From assembly GCA_027492035.1 (NCBI GenBank), contig JAOZFT010000004.1, positions 602,449 to 666,448 on the forward strand: 64,000 bases of DNA, in the 5' to 3' direction. The notes beneath the pieces were generated by a model. It saw nothing but the letters and a program-made list of their open reading frames with translations. It was not told the origin of the DNA and did not search any database. Both the position numbers and the translations under genes were made by a program. Positions 59,284 to 64,000 of this stretch are shown one piece after another; the first letter of the stretch is position 1, and each line of letters opens with the position of its first letter. The DNA comes from Thermoproteota archaeon (GTDB lineage Archaea > Korarchaeota > JAOZGF01 > JAOZFZ01).

Positions 59284-60045
59284 TTATTTCACGGGGTTGG
59301 TGAATGAACAGGGAACACCGCAAGCGCATTTTCCACATACGTCAGCGAACCCCACTTCAGAATGAAAATCAGCATTTAACAAACAAACCCTGTAACATTT
59401 ATGCCGGTCATATAAATCTTCCTTTAATGCTCCAAATGTGCACTTTTTTACGCATTCCATACAGCTTCCGTTGTGCATGTACAAACAAAACTCTTTATTT
59501 GGTCTCTTCGTGGGTTCAATTTTGGCACTGGTTATTAAACTACCTAATCTTCCACAACATCCCTTCTCCGTTATTAACATCCTGTGAAAGCCTAACCTGC
59601 CTAACCCCGCAATAAAGGCAACATGTTTATGGGACCAATCACTAATCAATTTCTCAGTGTTAAAATTATGAGTTGGGGGAAGGACCCGGGATTCAAAACC
59701 TATCTTGCTTAGTTCCTGCGCTAAAAAATTGTTAAGGTCCATAATCAATCGGTTCGTTTCAATGTAAGCAATAGCCCACTCCTTTGAACAGTATTTGCCT
59801 CCTACGTTACTCATGACTGTTTCTTCTTGGAAGGGGAGGAAGTAGGAAATAACCGTTTCAGCCTTTCTTAGAAATTCAGTGGGTAACTTATGGGTTTTGC
59901 TTACTGCCTCCTTTAATTTCAGAAATAAAGGGTCATGAGCATCTGCGAATGCGACGAGAGGGGATTCCCAGTCAGTAAAAGTATCCTTTTCAGATTTGTA
60001 TTCTTTAACAAATTCATTGATTAAGCCGATAATTCTTTCTTTCAT
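59284..60045 (-). CDS. QueG-like (epoxyqueuosine reductase family) Fe-S protein
   Basis: SDWSHKHVAFIAGLG, GCCGRLGS, CL...CMECVKKC, C...CGKCACGVPC. Confidence 0.82.
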   Translation of the reverse strand: MKERIIGLINEFVKEYKSEKDTFTDWESPLVAFADAHDPLFLKLKEAVSKTHKLPTEFLRKAETVISYFLPFQEETVMSNVGGKYCSKEWAIAYIETNRLIMDLNNFLAQELSKIGFESRVLPPTHNFNTEKLISDWSHKHVAFIAGLGRLGFHRMLITEKGCCGRLGSLITSAKIEPTKRPNKEFCLYMHNGSCMECVKKCTFGALKEDLYDRHKCYRVCLLNADFHSEVGFADVCGKCACGVPCSFTNPVK

Positions 60046-60494
60046 GAGTAGACTCCGCACTTGCAGGAATTTTATAAACCTTACACTTCTTTATCCTCTA
60101 TTAAAATCTACCTTTAAAACAAAAGTAAAAAGTTGTGAAGTATCATGTAAAGTTAGCTTTCTACCAAGTTTTATAGAGGAGAGAAACTAAAAAAAAGTAC
60201 GTTAAAAGAAGATTTTTCTGTGAAAAATTAATGGAGTAATTTATGGGAAGGCGTCAAAGAAATAAAGGATAAATTGAAGGAATTGAAGTTGTCATTAAAA
60301 AATTAAAGAAGGTTTTTCCAAGTTAAAGCCCTACTAGAGGTAATATCAAGGAACTTTGAGAAGTTTCCCTTCTCTTTCTTTAAGGTATATACGTAACTTT
60401 TTTAAAGTGTTTAAGAAAACATCTCTTTGTCTCTCTTTAAAACAAAGTTTTGGGTTTCCTCAAGAGAACCCTCATTCCCAGGTGTTAACTCAAG

Positions 60495-61649
60495 GTGTCT
60501 GCAAAAAAAATTAAGGGACATAGGCTGTTTCCTAAGCGAGGCTACCTCCTATTCTTCATGGGCACTATGTTAGGTTTCTTCCTTTTCTCAACTGTATCCT
60601 ACCTTTACCTACCGACTCAACAATCTACTTTTGCAGGCGTTCCGAAACAAATAGAGTTCGAATTCCTCTATACTAGCGAGAAACAAGGTTGGGTTGAGGA
60701 GGTGACACCTCAGTTCGAAAAATGGTTCAGTAATAAATTCAATATAAAAGTAAAAGTTAGATTGACAGTTATGGGGACGCATCAGACTATTAACGAAATT
60801 TTACATGGAGCGCAGCCAACAGCATGGAGTCCTGCTTCAAGTCTATGGATCCCTTACTTGAACAAAATGTGGAAGAAGCAGGGACATGGTTCCGATATAG
60901 CTACTAAATGGGTTCCATTAGTTGTTACCCCTACAGTTATTGCCTGTTGGGGTTCTTTTCAGAAAAAGTATAATGTCACAGGTTTTAAAAAACTTTTTCA
61001 GTTGGTAAACGAGGGAGTCAATTTCAAATATGGACACACTGACCCTCTCCTAAGTAACAGCGGCGTTACAGCTGTGATTCATGAATTTTCTTCAGCCTTA
61101 AACAAGACACCTGACAAAATTAAAGTTTCAGATTTAACCCTGAAGGCAATTATTGACGGCGTTAAGGCTCTTGAATCAAAATCTGTTTATTATGGTTCAA
61201 GCACAGGTTTTTTCGGTAAATGGGCTGCCGAAAGCGGGCCCTCCTCTATTAACGTGTTTGTTGTATATGAAAACGTAGTGTTGGAGAATTCTCTAAAAGC
61301 ATATAAAATGTACCATGATAAACTTGTTGCTGTGTATCCTGAGGAGGGGTTGATTCTTAATGATCACCCCTTTGTTATTTTGAATGCTTCATGGGTTAAT
61401 ATTTGGCAAAGATTTGCAGCTACCCAGTACTTGCTTTACTTGTTAAGCTATGATGTTCAAGAAAAGGCTCAGAAACACGGCTTCAGACCTGTAAACCCTA
61501 GTGTTCCGTTAAATAAAGAAATTTTTAATGAAAAAAATGGGGTACAGTATAGATTACCTTCAAAGGCGTTGAATCCTCCATCAGGTGAAGTCTTAGACTC
61601 CATTTTTACTGTTTGGGCGAAAGTGAGGAATCCTGGTGTGCAGGGTTGA
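60495..61649 (+). CDS. Membrane-anchored extracellular solute-binding protein
   Basis: N-term TM; TSEKQGW, WSPASSLW, HTDPLLSNSG, VYENVV, DHPF, GFRP. Confidence 0.85.
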   Translation: MSAKKIKGHRLFPKRGYLLFFMGTMLGFFLFSTVSYLYLPTQQSTFAGVPKQIEFEFLYTSEKQGWVEEVTPQFEKWFSNKFNIKVKVRLTVMGTHQTINEILHGAQPTAWSPASSLWIPYLNKMWKKQGHGSDIATKWVPLVVTPTVIACWGSFQKKYNVTGFKKLFQLVNEGVNFKYGHTDPLLSNSGVTAVIHEFSSALNKTPDKIKVSDLTLKAIIDGVKALESKSVYYGSSTGFFGKWAAESGPSSINVFVVYENVVLENSLKAYKMYHDKLVAVYPEEGLILNDHPFVILNASWVNIWQRFAATQYLLYLLSYDVQEKAQKHGFRPVNPSVPLNKEIFNEKNGVQYRLPSKALNPPSGEVLDSIFTVWAKVRNPGVQG

Positions 61650-61655
61650 TGCTTC

Positions 61656-63350
61656 ATGTTTCCTGAAAAGAAAACCCTCAAAATTCTCTTTTTGACAGTT
61701 ACAACCTCATGCCTAATAGTATTTGTTTTCCTTCCAACATTTTATTTAATGTCTTTCATGGTGGTTAACTGGGGAGAAGTTTACACTGAAGTTTTCGCTA
61801 ACCCTTTAATAGGAAATGAACATTGGAACCAAATCAAAGGGATTTTACTTTTCTCTTTTAGAATAGCCGCTGTAACAGTTTTGGTTGACGTTATCTTCGG
61901 CATTCCTCTCAGCTATATTTTGGCGAGGAAAGAATTCCCGGGCAAAGGGTTGCTTGAGAACTTGGTCATGCTGCCCCTGGTTATTCCTACTTCAGCCTTC
62001 GGCTTTGCAACTTTAATAACTTGGACAACCTCAACTTTCATAACTAAATTTTTTCATTTAAATGGAGGTTTCTTTGAACAAGGTTTTGTTTTACCTTTCT
62101 TAAACATCCCTTTACTTATCCTCATCGTCCATGTGACTTTAACTTTTCCTTATGTTGTAAGGGTTCTTCAATCGAAACTTGAAGATTTAAACCCTGAACT
62201 TGAAGTTGTTTCTGAAACACTTGGTGCAACGGATTTAACTACTTTCCGCAAAGTAATTTTTCCTCTTAGTTTACCAGGTTTGTTCTCAGGTTCTGTCTTA
62301 GCCTTCGCTAGATCTTTAGGCGAAACAGGGGCCACAATGGTTGTTGCAGGTGTAAGCATAACAGCCCCCATAGCTATTGTGAAGTGGGAGCAAGAGTTCA
62401 AAATAGCGCCAGCTTCCTTTTTAGGTTTCCTCTTAATTCTGGTAGCAACTATCATAATCCTACCCATTGAATATTTTGTTTCAACCAAGACCAACATATT
62501 CTCCTTCAAACTCCCTAAATTTTTCCAGTTAAGTAAGAAAGTGCTTGGCTTTGAAAGAACTGTTTCAAAAAGGTTTTATTGGGCAAAAGAAGTTGCAGCG
62601 TCTCTTTTCCTAATCTTAACGATACTTCTGCCTTTATTGCTTGTTTTGGGTTCAGTTATTAATTACTGGAACTATGACCCCTACACTGGAAAAAGGGAGG
62701 GAAGTGTACTTTATCAACTATTTGGTCCATCAAATTATTTCTCAGCCTTGATGAGGGCTACTTCAACTTCTTTCCTGGCTGCTTTTCTTTCAACTTATGT
62801 TTCCACCTGTTTATCTCTTCCTACTGTCATGTTGATTGAAAGGTTCAAGGGAGGGAGGGTTTTAAGGTCGCTTCTGAAAATACCTTTAGTTGTTCCCACC
62901 TCAACTTTAGGTTTATCTATGCTCCTTTTATGGGGTCCTAACGGTTTAAACCTTGTTAACCCAGGTATTTGGCTCATTATTTTAACCCACATTGTTTTCT
63001 CAGTTCCTGTAATTACTGAATCTATTCTTTCCTCCTATGAAGGGTCAAATATTCAGGGCTTCGAAGAAGTAGCTAGAACTTTAGGCGCTTCCCCCTATGA
63101 CGCTGTCGAAACCGTTACTGTGCCAACTTTGAAGAGGGGTATTTTAACCGGTGCAGTTCTTTCATTTACTCATTCTTTGGGGGAGACAGGTGCAACTTTT
63201 ATGGTTATGGGAAGAGACTTAACAGTTTCAACTCTTGTTGTAAACATGGTTGAAGCCTTAGCTATCCCTGCAGCACTTTTCTCTTCAACGTATTTAATTG
63301 CTTTGTCACTGATTCTCCTCCTACTTTTTAAATTTATTTCTTCAAAATAG
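61656..63350 (+). CDS. ABC transporter permease with duplicated domain (ModB/CysT/FbpB-like)
   Basis: Two EAA loops (EVVSETLGA, EEVARTLGA), FARSLGETGAT / FTHSLGETGAT. Confidence 0.92.
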   Translation: MFPEKKTLKILFLTVTTSCLIVFVFLPTFYLMSFMVVNWGEVYTEVFANPLIGNEHWNQIKGILLFSFRIAAVTVLVDVIFGIPLSYILARKEFPGKGLLENLVMLPLVIPTSAFGFATLITWTTSTFITKFFHLNGGFFEQGFVLPFLNIPLLILIVHVTLTFPYVVRVLQSKLEDLNPELEVVSETLGATDLTTFRKVIFPLSLPGLFSGSVLAFARSLGETGATMVVAGVSITAPIAIVKWEQEFKIAPASFLGFLLILVATIIILPIEYFVSTKTNIFSFKLPKFFQLSKKVLGFERTVSKRFYWAKEVAASLFLILTILLPLLLVLGSVINYWNYDPYTGKREGSVLYQLFGPSNYFSALMRATSTSFLAAFLSTYVSTCLSLPTVMLIERFKGGRVLRSLLKIPLVVPTSTLGLSMLLLWGPNGLNLVNPGIWLIILTHIVFSVPVITESILSSYEGSNIQGFEEVARTLGASPYDAVETVTVPTLKRGILTGAVLSFTHSLGETGATFMVMGRDLTVSTLVVNMVEALAIPAALFSSTYLIALSLILLLLFKFISSK

Positions 63351-63371
63351 AATTAACTGGTGCATCATGCC

Positions 63372-64000
63372 TTGAAAAGTGTCAAATTGGTTAATGTCAC
63401 TAAAATGTTTGGTAAAATAAAGGCAGTTAAGAACTTAAACTTTGAAGTGAATGAAGGAGAGTATGTAGTTATTTTAGGACCTACAGGTGCAGGTAAAACA
63501 ACAACTTTAAAACTTATAGCTGGTTTGCTTCAACCCGATCGGGGAGAAATATTATTCGATAACGTACCAGCTTCAGCGTTGCCCCCCGAAGAAAGGAAGG
63601 TGGGTTTTGTTTTTCAGGGATACTCTCTCTTTCCATTCATGACTGTTTGGGAAAATGTGGCCTATGGGCCTTCAATGCGTGGATTAAGTGAAAGAGATAT
63701 AGAAGAAGTTTGTGTAAAGGTTCTTAAAGCCGTCCACCTCCTTGAAAGAGCTGATTCTTACCCTAAGGAATTAAGTGGAGGTATGAAGCAACGTATCGCC
63801 TTGGCAAGAGCTTTAGCTGCTCAACCTGAACTTCTTCTTTTGGATGAGCCTTTAAGTGCCTTAGATGCAATATTAAGGGTTGAGTTGCGTTACGAGTTGC
63901 GTAGAATGGTTAAGGATTTAGGTTTAACAGCTATCCACGTCACTCACGACCAAGAAGAAGCAATGTCAATAGCTGACAAAGTAGTTGTTTTAAGGAAGGG
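63372..64000 (+). CDS. ABC transporter ATP-binding protein (3' truncated by window edge; absent from the ORF track)
   Basis: GPTGAGKTT, LFPFMTVWENVAYG, LSGGMKQR, LLLLDEP, VTHDQEEA. Confidence 0.93.
   Translation, partial: MKSVKLVNVTKMFGKIKAVKNLNFEVNEGEYVVILGPTGAGKTTTLKLIAGLLQPDRGEILFDNVPASALPPEERKVGFVFQGYSLFPFMTVWENVAYGPSMRGLSERDIEEVCVKVLKAVHLLERADSYPKELSGGMKQRIALARALAAQPELLLLDEPLSALDAILRVELRYELRRMVKDLGLTAIHVTHDQEEAMSIADKVVVLRK

Noticed and set aside
60170-60350. Lys/Glu-rich start-less frame (WEGVKEIKDKLKELK)
   Set aside because: Possible gene relic, but no family can be assigned
1-64000. tRNA, rRNA, CRISPR arrays, IS elements, integrases
   Set aside because: No GC-rich cloverleaf or rRNA-like tract, regularly spaced repeats, or transposase/integrase motifs seen by eye; tRNAscan-SE and CRISPR finders were not run

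Overview
AT-rich archaeal chromosomal segment. Archaeal markers include DGGGP synthase, archaeal-type SAM synthetase, GHMP shikimate kinase, the aroA'/aroB' route and a class III pilin. An anaerobic, probably thermophilic TACK/Bathyarchaeia-like organism is my inference. Main contents: the 3' end of DNA ligase, cysS, and a large minus-strand aromatic amino-acid supercluster (ilvE-pheA // lysC-asd-aroA'-aroB'-aroD-aroE-aroK-aroA-aroC-[chorismate mutase::aminotransferase] // tyrA) interrupted by an alkA pseudogene and a lone pilin. Next come an RRE-like radical SAM/SPASM enzyme, thiL, an hdrA-mvhD-fdhB-like-hdrD-tatD redox operon, a membrane-anchored wHTH regulator paired with a sequon-rich secreted protein, ChrB-domain + MFS, mat and an XPD-family helicase. 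The last third has a ChlI/ChlD-like AAA+-VWA protein with an internal membrane hairpin, an uncharacterised APC permease-metallophosphoesterase-nucleotidyltransferase-small protein-HAD-acdA-alaAT run, the aspartate-semialdehyde sulfurtransferase (homocysteine) operon lacking its CBS/NIL domains, a QueG-like Fe-S protein and an ABC importer. I found no rRNA, tRNA, CRISPR array or intact mobile element. Several decayed gene relics and operator-like palindromes lie in intergenic DNA. All family calls come from motif recognition by eye; no database search was run.
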